A DNA stretch of 64,000 nucleotides, from the IMG/VR virus record IMGVR_UViG_3300025141_017118, positions 1 to 64,000 of that record, one strand, 5' to 3'. The DNA is from a virus. Shown piece after piece: positions 46,715 to 56,075 of this stretch. Under the pieces are notes generated by a model, which did no database searches, had not been told where the DNA came from, and was given only the letters and a program-made list of their open reading frames with translations. Position numbers and translations under genes: made by a program. Each line of letters begins with the position of its first letter. Positions within the stretch are counted from its first letter, which is position 1.

Positions 46715-47047
46715 CTATCCAAAAGCCTTAAGCGCCCATACAAATATACCCATAGCAACCTGGATACCTGCAAACATCGTTATTGCTTTTGTCTTGAATG
46801 TCTTAAGGCTTGCTACTTCACTTAACAATTCTTTTAGTTGTGTGGGTGAACAAACATCATCGATTTTTTCTTTCCACACCTTAAGTTCATCCACCTTGTC
46901 TTCCCTGACTTGCATTTTCGCAATTTCTTGTTTGACATTCTGAAGTTCTGTCTTTAATCCGTCAATGCCGTCTGATAGCGTCTCTAGTTCTTTTAAGACT
47001 AGACGTGAATATTCATTCCAGCCGTTTTGATTAGTGTGTGGTACCAT
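46715..47047 (-). CDS. Coiled-coil protein with a single C-terminal TM helix (holin-like)
   Basis: GGAG RBS before ATG 47047; heptad-rich body; AITMFAGIQVAMGIFVWAL. Confidence 0.5.
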   Translation of the reverse strand: MVPHTNQNGWNEYSRLVLKELETLSDGIDGLKTELQNVKQEIAKMQVREDKVDELKVWKEKIDDVCSPTQLKELLSEVASLKTFKTKAITMFAGIQVAMGIFVWALKAFG

Positions 47048-47051
47048 TTTA

Positions 47052-47588
47052 TTACTCCGGGATCTCAAGTAATTGTTTTAACCGACTTACGCTGAGGGCT
47101 CTTTTAGAGATAGAATTTATATTCTTATAGTCGCCTCTTCTTTTCAAAGTCATACTATGAATGTCTTCAAGGCATGATAACATTATTGCATTCACAGTTA
47201 CATCCCAAGCGATCCCTGAAACACCTATGATTTGTTTGGCTTCATTTGTCCTGGGTACTAGCTTTACATAGTGTACGCTATGATCTGTTTTTACAAAATA
47301 ACTTACAACATCGCCCGCTAGTGCTTTTTCGTGATTTTCTAATGACTCATTTTTTACATTCGGACAATCAAATAAATCACAAAGATTTTTGGCACCTGGA
47401 CTGATGAATCCATTTCCGCGTTGTGATACAACAACATGCTCTTTCGTTATTGACCACATAGTTACCGGAACGGGAAATGTATCAAAGAATTCTTCGAATA
47501 GCTTCATGTCTTTTTTGAGCTGCTGATCTCTATCACTCAACTCATTTACCAGCTCATGAAGCCTATTAAAGTTTTTCTTATTTTTCAC
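47052..47588 (-). CDS. Stand-alone PAS-domain protein
   Basis: AGGAG RBS before GTG 47588; coiled coil, then FFDTFPVPV, HEKALAG, VKLVPRTNEAKQIIGVSGIAWDVT (PAS/PAC terminus). Confidence 0.75.
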   Translation of the reverse strand: MKNKKNFNRLHELVNELSDRDQQLKKDMKLFEEFFDTFPVPVTMWSITKEHVVVSQRGNGFISPGAKNLCDLFDCPNVKNESLENHEKALAGDVVSYFVKTDHSVHYVKLVPRTNEAKQIIGVSGIAWDVTVNAIMLSCLEDIHSMTLKRRGDYKNINSISKRALSVSRLKQLLEIPE

Positions 47589-47688
47589 CCTAGGGCTCCT
47601 GTGTTGAAAGATGTTGAAAGACAAAAATAAATATAAGACTAAGCATGCTTCAACCACAAAAAACGGATAAAGTATACTCAAATTTAAC

Positions 47689-47724
47689 AAAAAAAAAGGG
47701 GATACCCATATGGGTATCCCCTTT
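47689..47724 (-). terminator. Strong terminator after the major capsid gene (perfect 30-bp palindrome)
   Basis: AAAGGGGATACCCAT|ATGGGTATCCCCTTT followed by a T-run. Confidence 0.88.
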
Positions 47725-47743
47725 CGAACTAACCTAATCTATA

Positions 47744-49702
47744 TTAGATAATGTTCAAGTCGAGCACTGTAACAGTACCGTAGAAGTCGGAACGAACCAT
47801 CTTCTTACCGTAGCGAGTCATGACACCCTTACGCGGGGTGAAGTCATCTGGCTGGAAGATAGTCGGCGTTACGATGAGAGGCACATACGGAGCGTAGACA
47901 TAGCCTGTCTCCAGATAGCTACCACCCTTGTATCCAACAAGAACCTTATTCCGTGGGAAGTAAGGATCCTTGTAGACCGTAAAGCGATTGCTAAGTGTAC
48001 CAATCTTCTCAGCGCCGAGTGACATCGGAGCACTTACCTGGCCTTCACCATCAAGGGTGTAGGACGGACGGTAAAGAACCGAAGCCTCAAGAATCGTTGC
48101 AATATCGGGTGAAACCACGACAAAGTTTGCCGAGCCACGCAATGTTAAGCGGTGAATCTCATTAGCGACATCAATGATTGTCTCAGTAAGGGTCTCATAC
48201 CACTCGCGGACTGTACCGGTGAAGGCCGGTCCAGGAGCCAATGTATCAGACTTGCTGACCTCAGTACCTGTCTCACGATTGACAAACTTACCAGGGGCAC
48301 GTGACCAGTAGCGACGTGTCTTAGCTTGTACCAGAAGATCATTAAGAACCTCACGGTCAATCTCTAGAGCAATCTGCTCTGAAAGGATTTGAGTAAGCTC
48401 AACCTCAGCATCTAAACTATGGTATGCATTCAAGTCCTGAGCAAGTTCTGGTGACCATCGTGCACGCAACTTACGTGTAACGGCGGTAACAGCAACAGAC
48501 TCAATCTTGATATCAATCTCAGGAATAACCGGAGAAGGAGTAGCACCAAAATTAGACTCAAACGAAGGAATCGTAAGAGTTGAACCATCAGCATCCACAT
48601 CGAGTGTAGAAGCAATTGGAGCACTTATGTTGAGCTGCTGAAGGCTGGTTACGAACGAGCTATCCTGTACAGTACCAGTAACAACTGCCATGAAACAAGC
48701 ATTTGCAGTGGCCTTTGTAACCATAGGATCAGCAGTAAAGACGCCGGCCGTGAATGTACCAAGCTGGTTCAAACGACGGATATTGACGATATTCTGACCA
48801 CCCTGCATTGTCTGTGGTACCACACCAACACCTGCAGAACTTGGTGAGTTCTGTGATGTTACACCTGGAACGACTGGGCCTGTATTAAGAGCCCACTCCT
48901 GAACCTGTGTAAGATCGTATTGAGCGAATGCCGAACTACCCAACGCAAAGAATACAGCCTGGAATCGACCATCGTTAGATTGATTTGGGTCACCTTCAAT
49001 AAGTGTTGTAACCTGCGGGTCAAACTGAATAAGCTTGCCATCAGTACCGGTAGCAACAAGAAGGCCACCATCCTGAATTGTGGTACCGCCAACATTACCA
49101 ACGGAACCAGAAGCAAGGATCTTCACCGGTGCAGTCTCAGCACCGACCACACCATTTAGTGCGGAGCCACTGTGTACCTTTGTGAAGCCCTGACCTACAA
49201 GATCATAAAGACCACCGGCACCCAATGAACCAGAACGAATTCCCTTACCTGCGGGGTTATTATAAATGGAAGAACCGGATGCATATACCTCAACCTTATC
49301 ACTAATGGTTGTATCAGAAGTATATGACTCACGGGAACCATATGTGTAATCCAAGTAGAAAAGCAGGCCAGAAGGCAAGCTCATCGGCTGGATGGAAACG
49401 AGCTCGTTAGCAACGAGACCGCCAAAGACCCGACGAACGATCGGGAAAGCAATATTTGTGAAGCCCTGCAAGTCACCGGAGCGAGCACCTAAGCCCCCAC
49501 CAGTACCTACTGAATTTGCTTCACGAAGAAGTTGTCCTGCTTGGTTCTCCAATAGACGTGACATGTTCTCACGATGAGTGCCGTCCATGCCTCTCAGGAG
49601 TCCCGTACGAGACCACTTCTCCACAAGCCGACGGTTTTGCGTACCCAAGTGACGGGAACGAATACCTTCAGTCAGCGATTCAAGTGAAAAAGATTTTGAC
49701 AT
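47744..49702 (-). CDS. Major capsid protein (T4 gp23-like)
   Basis: LLENQ, FPIVRRVF, VSIQPMSLPSGL.FYLD, TRKLRARW.PELAQDL.AYH.LDAE.EL, YAPYVPL, FTPRKGVMTRY. Confidence 0.96.
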   Translation of the reverse strand: MSKSFSLESLTEGIRSRHLGTQNRRLVEKWSRTGLLRGMDGTHRENMSRLLENQAGQLLREANSVGTGGGLGARSGDLQGFTNIAFPIVRRVFGGLVANELVSIQPMSLPSGLLFYLDYTYGSRESYTSDTTISDKVEVYASGSSIYNNPAGKGIRSGSLGAGGLYDLVGQGFTKVHSGSALNGVVGAETAPVKILASGSVGNVGGTTIQDGGLLVATGTDGKLIQFDPQVTTLIEGDPNQSNDGRFQAVFFALGSSAFAQYDLTQVQEWALNTGPVVPGVTSQNSPSSAGVGVVPQTMQGGQNIVNIRRLNQLGTFTAGVFTADPMVTKATANACFMAVVTGTVQDSSFVTSLQQLNISAPIASTLDVDADGSTLTIPSFESNFGATPSPVIPEIDIKIESVAVTAVTRKLRARWSPELAQDLNAYHSLDAEVELTQILSEQIALEIDREVLNDLLVQAKTRRYWSRAPGKFVNRETGTEVSKSDTLAPGPAFTGTVREWYETLTETIIDVANEIHRLTLRGSANFVVVSPDIATILEASVLYRPSYTLDGEGQVSAPMSLGAEKIGTLSNRFTVYKDPYFPRNKVLVGYKGGSYLETGYVYAPYVPLIVTPTIFQPDDFTPRKGVMTRYGKKMVRSDFYGTVTVLDLNII

Positions 49703-49726
49703 TTTATTCTCCTATAAAAAATAATT

Positions 49727-51478
49727 TTACTTTTTGTTGTCAATTCCTGCAAGGACTGCCCAGCGATCTGTCTCACCCGATTTCTTTGCCGAAGCGGCGG
49801 AGCGGGTTGATCTGGAAGATGAACCGAGTAGCTTGCGTCCCTCACGAAGAGTACCTCTCTTCTTTAGGGATGTTGTTAAGCTCTTATAGAGCAGTTTTGC
49901 CTCGCGGAGCGTCTTGGCATTATCTAAAGCCTCGACAATAGCTCTTTGCTGCTTGGATGATAAATTTCTATTTTGCATAAGCTTATTGACATAAAGAAGC
50001 TTAGCATTAAAGAGATTCATTTCAGTTAACTGATTTTTGAGTGCAACGACTGCTCTCTTATATTCCTTTAACTGGTTTCCTGTTTTACGTACGGCCTTTC
50101 GACCACGTCCTTTTCTTGTTCTTGCACGAGATTCAGCAATTCGCTGTGCACGTCGACGGCGGAGGTTGCGGCGACGGCGTGATTCGACTGTTACCTCGGT
50201 TTCCGATACGGGACCGAGCTCATCAGCCAAAGCGTTTAAAAGATCTTCTTCGCTGACATCAACAAGGACATCACCTAAATCTTCTCCACCGTGATCCAGG
50301 CTTGGATCAGCATCCTTTGCCTCTTCTTGCTCACGAAGGCGTCTCATATGACGAAGAGCACGACGTAAAGAAGCTTCATCTAACTCATAAACCTCTTCCT
50401 CAGTCTCCTCTTCAACATCTACAACCTCTTCATCTTCATCAGCAGCTAGCTCAATAGACACATCAAGGTCATCAACGTTAACCTCATCAGTATCTTCGAC
50501 GCCTAAGACATCAAGATCATCGTCAGTAAGCATAAGATCAAGTTCACCCAGATCCATCTGCTCATCTTCAACGTCAATCTCTTCCTCTTCAACGTCCTCT
50601 GCACCAGCCATGCTGACAACAACATCAAGGTCGTCAACGCTAACCTCCTCAGTATCTTCGACACCGAGTGTTTCTAAATCCTCATCAGAAAGTACAACAT
50701 CTAACTCATCAAGAGTTTCCTCTTGATCAGCTTGATCGGCTGCATCTAACTGCTCGAACAATCTATCAAATAGTGATTCTGCATGTCGCCTTGACATTTT
50801 TTTCATCTCCTTTATTACCTCATTAAATCTCGAGCGAACATTATTTTTATTTTGCGCTCTTTTTGTAAATATTACGTGATCTCGTAAACTGATTGCTTCT
50901 TTTAACAATTGTGTGTAATGTTTACGGGCAGACTCTCGTAGGGTCACATCATTTTTATTAATATTTGCCCACTCAAGAAGCCTATTAAACCTTTTAACTC
51001 TTATAGCCAAATCGTTTACACGATTATCAATTGCCCTCTCACCCAACAACGCTGGATTTTTTATAAACATTGCAAGAGCCCGGGCAGACTCCGTATTGAG
51101 ACTCATCAAGTCATCTTCCTGATCCGTTGAATACATTAGATCATCATCTTCTGTACCAATATAAGAAGACTCATCATCAGTCTCATATTCATCCTCAGCC
51201 TGGGTTATATCACCGGACGAAAGAGCGATGGTTGCGTCACCTTGTACGTCAATATCAATAGTAGGACTATCAATATCTGAATCTTCAAGTGAATCCATTA
51301 CGGAATCCATCCCTATGTCGTCATTCTCAGTATCTTCAATATCGTCTATAAGCTCTTGTTCAATCAACATTCGAATTCGAGGTGTTATAGATTCCAAAAT
51401 TTTATTTTTCGCATTTTGCTCAGCAACTTTTCTTAATTGCCTTGCGTCTGCGATGGCTTCATCAAATAATGTTGTCAT
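49727..51478 (-). CDS. Prohead core / scaffold protein (gp22-like)
   Basis: LFDEAIADA..LR..A..NAK, very acidic middle, EMNLFNAKLLYVNKL, RWAVLAGI; directly upstream of MCP. Confidence 0.8.
   Translation of the reverse strand: MTTLFDEAIADARQLRKVAEQNAKNKILESITPRIRMLIEQELIDDIEDTENDDIGMDSVMDSLEDSDIDSPTIDIDVQGDATIALSSGDITQAEDEYETDDESSYIGTEDDDLMYSTDQEDDLMSLNTESARALAMFIKNPALLGERAIDNRVNDLAIRVKRFNRLLEWANINKNDVTLRESARKHYTQLLKEAISLRDHVIFTKRAQNKNNVRSRFNEVIKEMKKMSRRHAESLFDRLFEQLDAADQADQEETLDELDVVLSDEDLETLGVEDTEEVSVDDLDVVVSMAGAEDVEEEEIDVEDEQMDLGELDLMLTDDDLDVLGVEDTDEVNVDDLDVSIELAADEDEEVVDVEEETEEEVYELDEASLRRALRHMRRLREQEEAKDADPSLDHGGEDLGDVLVDVSEEDLLNALADELGPVSETEVTVESRRRRNLRRRRAQRIAESRARTRKGRGRKAVRKTGNQLKEYKRAVVALKNQLTEMNLFNAKLLYVNKLMQNRNLSSKQQRAIVEALDNAKTLREAKLLYKSLTTSLKKRGTLREGRKLLGSSSRSTRSAASAKKSGETDRWAVLAGIDNKK
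50440..50710 (-). repeat. Intragenic two-copy tandem repeat, period 162 bp (54 aa), in the scaffold gene
   Basis: acatcaaggtc.tcaacg.taacctc.tcagtatcttcgac at 50460 and 50622; LGVEDT.EV.VDDLDV twice. Confidence 0.8.
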
Positions 51479-51520
51479 TATTAACTCCAAACATGCTACC
51501 TCTTAAATATACGGCTGTAC

Positions 51521-51745
51521 TCATTTCTTTCCCTTAATTTTGTGCGCCACATTGGTCTTATGTCTCATTTTGGCAGCATGCTTTTTTCTTCTTCGCTTTG
51601 TACCCTTTGATTCATGAAATGATCTGTCTTTAACTTCTTTGACAATACCTTCCTCTTTGCACTTACGAGTAAATTTTCGTAACAATTGTTCAAAGGTACG
51701 TATTTTTCCCCCCATGTGTACACTAACGTTGGTCGGCTTAGACAA
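51521..51745 (-). CDS. rpsU: Phage-encoded ribosomal protein bS21
   Basis: FEQLLRKFTRKCKEEGIVKEVKDRSFHESKGTKRRRKK matches the bS21 pattern; TTG start with GAGG RBS. Confidence 0.85.
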   Translation of the reverse strand: MSKPTNVSVHMGGKIRTFEQLLRKFTRKCKEEGIVKEVKDRSFHESKGTKRRRKKHAAKMRHKTNVAHKIKGKK

Positions 51746-51747
51746 AA

Positions 51748-52356
51748 TTACCTCTTTTTACCGGTAGATTCAATGCTTGCCAGCGAATCAATATAATCTT
51801 GTGTTGCCTGAACTTTTGCAATTGCAATCTCATCATCGTCTAAAATATCCTGTAATGTGTATGCTCCAATTTCATCATGTGTGGGAAATTCGGGATCGGG
51901 AGGGCGGTGGGCATAGCCCTGCAGGGTGCCCGTCTTCTTTGCTGGTCTTTCATCATATGCCGCCTGCTGTGTAAATCCCCCAGTAGAAACTCCTCTCTTT
52001 TTATATAATGAAGGAATGGGTGATATGCCGTTCATCGTTGCTATAACCTCACTAATTTTAAGGTTTCCAGCAACAAAGTAAAACGGGTCGGTACCATTAG
52101 CCGCTAAGTAGTCGGTGGGCATATAATCCATGTTCGCCTTTGTTACGACTGCCATGTCATCATCTAACAGGTCAACCTCATCATCTTCGTATATATCTGG
52201 TTCCACATAAGGATAAGACGATGCGGATATACGGGGATCATGAAACTTTGAAACCATTGTGCCGTACCCTAAGTCGGAACGAGCATCGGAAAAAAGAGGA
52301 GAATGAGAAGGTGTAGTCCCTTTTATATCTGTCTTCGCTTTTTGAAAGGGTGGCAT
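51748..52356 (-). CDS. Hypothetical head-region protein
   Basis: 202-aa ORF in the head gene array. Confidence 0.6.
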   Translation of the reverse strand: MPPFQKAKTDIKGTTPSHSPLFSDARSDLGYGTMVSKFHDPRISASSYPYVEPDIYEDDEVDLLDDDMAVVTKANMDYMPTDYLAANGTDPFYFVAGNLKISEVIATMNGISPIPSLYKKRGVSTGGFTQQAAYDERPAKKTGTLQGYAHRPPDPEFPTHDEIGAYTLQDILDDDEIAIAKVQATQDYIDSLASIESTGKKR

Positions 52357-52371
52357 CTAAAGTATTCCGAC

Positions 52372-53184
52372 CTAAAGTATTGTGGTGTTGGCCACTGTAT
52401 AAGAAGACTTACCCATAGCAAGAGACGGCATAGTGATACTGCTTTGTGCTTTTCCTGGGTTTGACGGGAAGCCCTGGATATTCCATGATCCAGGTGATGT
52501 TTCTACCAAAAGGTTATAGGGGCTGCCATATTGTGCATCTCGAATGGATTCAGCAGGTGATAAAACATTATCACCACCCATCACCTTTTCATATTGGGAT
52601 ATGAAATAGGCGGTCACCCCTGCGTTTTTTCCAAAAATATGTCGCGAGCCCCAGGCGGCGCCGGCGGGTACATCGTAACCGCTAGTTGTTCCTTCAGGTA
52701 ATGCAGGGTTTGGAACAAAAGGGATGATGGGAGGCAGCGAAACGTTTTTCGCTTGTGAGATGCCCCCACCCAGGGCGGCGGCGGGATCTTTATCTTCGGC
52801 CCACACCCCAGGAGGTGTAAGAGCTGGATCACCATCAAAAACAATCAGTGACATATCTTTTTTATTAGTGCCAGCTATTCTAGGGGGTCCAAACCGGGGA
52901 TTAAAATAAGGTAAACCCCAATAATCTGCTTTATAGTTGGGTGCCTCTGTGCCCAAGGGAGTTATTGCCGGAGCATTATTCATAACATGATTAACCCAAT
53001 ATACGGTTACATAATCATTATCCGGAGCATCTAATGCAACATCCAGACCGGTGCCGTCATTGATGAACCCGTTAGGGCCATAGGGAAATCCATGATAAAA
53101 CAGTCGCTGTGTATTGGACGTTGTACCACGCGTTGACCAGGTGTCTACTGCGGCCGGAACGTTGATCTTTGTATAGTTGGACAT
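52372..53184 (-). CDS. Pro/Gly-rich probable virion protein (paralog of 53218..53760)
   Basis: Shared motifs FVPNP, LSP and LAMGKSSY. Confidence 0.6.
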   Translation of the reverse strand: MSNYTKINVPAAVDTWSTRGTTSNTQRLFYHGFPYGPNGFINDGTGLDVALDAPDNDYVTVYWVNHVMNNAPAITPLGTEAPNYKADYWGLPYFNPRFGPPRIAGTNKKDMSLIVFDGDPALTPPGVWAEDKDPAAALGGGISQAKNVSLPPIIPFVPNPALPEGTTSGYDVPAGAAWGSRHIFGKNAGVTAYFISQYEKVMGGDNVLSPAESIRDAQYGSPYNLLVETSPGSWNIQGFPSNPGKAQSSITMPSLAMGKSSYTVANTTIL

Positions 53185-53217
53185 AATCGTTAGATCCCCC
53201 TACAGGCTGGCGGTACG

Positions 53218-53760
53218 CTATGCAATAACATCAGTATAAGACTTACCCATAGTCAATACTTCACCCAATGTCTGGGCCCTTATGTCTTTCGTGGTTTTTC
53301 GCGGGCTGAGTGTGTTTTCACCTACAAATGGGGTCTTGTTTGGAGGGGGAGCATTATCACCTGACATAAAATCCGCAGGAGGTGCCGGTACTTTATTTGG
53401 ATCCACACCATTTCCTTCACCAGGAGATACAGGATTAGGAACGTATGCGTTTGCCGGATCACCGGGCTTGGCGTATTTGAAGCCAGCAAGATCAAGCGAC
53501 TTCATTTCCTCACCCTCATTACCCAGGAACTTTGTCCATACTGGCTTGTCAAACTGGAAACCATTCTCCACCTTACCAGATATAACCGCCTCGTATATCG
53601 CTACAGCCGCTGTGTCGGTGTAATTTTCTGCTCCATACATTGGACTGCCCGGAAAGCACGCAGTTAACAAGTTGGAATCAGAGGTAGAATAACCAGCAAC
53701 TGTTCCTAGGCTTTGGTTTGTTTTGGTTGGCATGTCCACCATATTTTGTTTTTTTGACAT
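53218..53760 (-). CDS. Pro/Gly-rich probable virion protein (paralog of 52372..53184)
   Basis: YVPNP, LSP and LTMGKSY; GGAG RBS. Confidence 0.6.
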   Translation of the reverse strand: MSKKQNMVDMPTKTNQSLGTVAGYSTSDSNLLTACFPGSPMYGAENYTDTAAVAIYEAVISGKVENGFQFDKPVWTKFLGNEGEEMKSLDLAGFKYAKPGDPANAYVPNPVSPGEGNGVDPNKVPAPPADFMSGDNAPPPNKTPFVGENTLSPRKTTKDIRAQTLGEVLTMGKSYTDVIA

Positions 53761-53799
53761 CTTTAGTCTCCAAAATTTTGCATGTTAATCATGCATGTA

Positions 53800-54081
53800 T
53801 TACTTAAGTCTCTTAATTACTCTAGCACGTAACTTTCTTTTAACTTCATTAACTCGCTTAAGGCTCTTGCGCAGGCGTGATTCCTTTATCTTAAGTGCCT
53901 TCATCCAATCCACATCTTGTTCAATGGTGCCTGCCATTTCATCAGCATCGACCTCATCAGTCTTTGCAGCAGCTTTTTCTACGCTCTCTTCACCAAGCTC
54001 TAATGATTCTAACATTTTTCTACGTTCTCTAAGAACCAGCTTCTTTAATAAAGCTGGAGTTAATTTTTTTACCTTCGCCAT
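53800..54081 (-). CDS. Small helical head-region protein with leader-like N-terminus
   Basis: LTPALLKKLVLRERRKMLE; AGGAG RBS. Confidence 0.65.
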   Translation of the reverse strand: MAKVKKLTPALLKKLVLRERRKMLESLELGEESVEKAAAKTDEVDADEMAGTIEQDVDWMKALKIKESRLRKSLKRVNEVKRKLRARVIKRLK

Positions 54082-54149
54082 TGTGTATCTCCTTTTAAAT
54101 GAGGCATATTAATATTTATTACGAAATTTTGTTTTTATCAGCAACAATG

Positions 54150-54596
54150 TCATCTAATTTTTTTTTCTGCAAATGCTAGGTCTGCCCAATTAGTGGCCGA
54201 CTCACCAAAAAGATCCATGGGATCAGCAGAAGCAGCTGCGCGGGTGGCAGAATCTGCCATGCCCAATTGGGACCCTCCCCTCTCAGCGTCAATCTGTTCT
54301 TGCAACGTACCCATTGCCGTATCTGCAAAAATAGAAGCCATGACAGGATCTGCTGTTAATGTATTAACTGTCTGGTGCACACGCTCTTCATGCTTTTCCT
54401 GCTTGCTTCCAAATGTTATATGGTCCAGTGCAGGTCTCGAATTAATTATTGATTTTTTTTGTGTTTTCTTGCGAGGCTTTCCTCTTTTATTCGACTCATT
54501 CACTAAGTCAGAGCCGCCAGCTAATCCCTCCGCTAGAATCTCAACCAAACACTCTTTAACTATTCCCTTAAGTTTTTCTCTAGATAACCTTGCCAT
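54150..54596 (-). CDS. Head-region protein with leader-like N-terminus
   Basis: LSREKLKGIVKECLVEILAE; follows the prohead protease. Confidence 0.65.
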   Translation of the reverse strand: MARLSREKLKGIVKECLVEILAEGLAGGSDLVNESNKRGKPRKKTQKKSIINSRPALDHITFGSKQEKHEERVHQTVNTLTADPVMASIFADTAMGTLQEQIDAERGGSQLGMADSATRAAASADPMDLFGESATNWADLAFAEKKIR

Positions 54597-54601
54597 TATT
54601 T

Positions 54602-55210
54602 TTACTCGTCCCAATCCAGTATATCATTAAAAACCCTATCAACCCTATCGCTTTTGTTAAAGTATGTCTTTAACTGTTTGCTGGATAATTCTTTTCCTTC
54701 TGACATCATAAAAGCACCGGGGGTGGAGGGTTCGGAGACAAAGTCCCAGCATATTAACTGAAAATCATCTTGTACCACATCATAATCGCCATCCCTGCGT
54801 GTGCTTCCTACCCCCCTAGACGAGATACCCAGGGTTACCCCGGACTCTACTAAGCTTTGAAGAATTTTCCCACAAGGTGTATCAAGCAGCTCTACATTTC
54901 CATAACATACATCACCGTCCATCCATGCTTCTCTCACAATATGAGAAACATTTTTTAATTCAACAACTGAGGAGTCTGGGTGATCACATTCACCTAGTGC
55001 ACGGTTCTCTCGAATAAACTTTTGATAATTTCTTACTTCTCTCTCTAAAATAGGCAGAGGATAAATACGTCCGTTTTGATTTAAGGTATCAGCTTTTTGT
55101 AACACCCCCTTAAGGATAACTTTTCCATTATTTGTATCTCGTGACTCTTTTATCATATCCTCGGAATATTCAAAGGGTCTCCAGTCTGAAAGTACTTTTA
55201 GTTTACTCAT
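54602..55210 (-). CDS. Prohead protease (T4 gp21-like)
   Basis: NQNGRIYP, ALGECDHP, VSH, LGISSRGVGS, DFVSEPSTPGAF. Confidence 0.95.
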   Translation of the reverse strand: MSKLKVLSDWRPFEYSEDMIKESRDTNNGKVILKGVLQKADTLNQNGRIYPLPILEREVRNYQKFIRENRALGECDHPDSSVVELKNVSHIVREAWMDGDVCYGNVELLDTPCGKILQSLVESGVTLGISSRGVGSTRRDGDYDVVQDDFQLICWDFVSEPSTPGAFMMSEGKELSSKQLKTYFNKSDRVDRVFNDILDWDE

Positions 55211-55214
55211 TAAA

Positions 55215-56075
55215 CTACTCCTCTTCTAAAAGCGTTTGTTTTAGACGGCTTATCGTCAATAGTTTTGTAACCGTGGCATCGGTTATATTTTTAATATCAA
55301 CTGCCAATATCTTTGACTTGACATCATTGACCTTTTCATTCAAAATCGAATTACTAGTTTTTCTCATGAACTGATCGATTTCTTGTAATGTGTCACTCTT
55401 AATACTGTTAAATACCTTTCCTAAAGAGCTATGTGAGCCCTCATTTAACGCATATTCTCTTATAATCCTGGTTTGCTCAGAGTTCAATGTACTGTAATAT
55501 TTCTTATTAAATTTCTCTGTCATTAATCGTACGGTAAGTGTATCAATACGTCCAGAGATATCACGTTCCGTTGTATCGTTCATTGCGTGGTCAGGGACCA
55601 CGGGACTTTCACTTAATAATCTTTTGCATACGCCATCTTCATACTCTGCAATCCTGCCAATGTCTTTGCTTCCTGCTCTCCAGTCGTTGAGCAACGTTTG
55701 GATAGTAGCATAGTCTCGATAGTTGGAAACTCTTCTATTATAAAAATTACTTTCGTTAATAAGATGATTAATTTCCTTGATCAACAATGACTTTTGCTTT
55801 CTAAGCTCTTGCTTGTCAAATTTGGTCGATGCCTTTTTTGATTCCATGATTATACGATTAGCAATAACAGGATTCTCTACACGAGTGCGGACCAGGGAAT
55901 TAAACAATCTAAACTCTTTGTACAGTTCAGTGCCTGGCCGGAAGTGCCTGCGGATCAACGATAAGATAGTATTACCTCTCTTCACGTCAGATGCAACAAT
56001 TGACTCAGACATTGCCTGAACCAATTGTTCAAAGATTATTCCTATATTTCTTTTTTTATTATGTGTCTTATTCAT
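55215..56075 (-). CDS. Head-module protein between portal and protease
   Basis: HNKKRN.GIIFE.L, LYKEFRLF, FNKKY..LN.EQ; position. Confidence 0.65.
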   Translation of the reverse strand: MNKTHNKKRNIGIIFEQLVQAMSESIVASDVKRGNTILSLIRRHFRPGTELYKEFRLFNSLVRTRVENPVIANRIIMESKKASTKFDKQELRKQKSLLIKEINHLINESNFYNRRVSNYRDYATIQTLLNDWRAGSKDIGRIAEYEDGVCKRLLSESPVVPDHAMNDTTERDISGRIDTLTVRLMTEKFNKKYYSTLNSEQTRIIREYALNEGSHSSLGKVFNSIKSDTLQEIDQFMRKTSNSILNEKVNDVKSKILAVDIKNITDATVTKLLTISRLKQTLLEEE

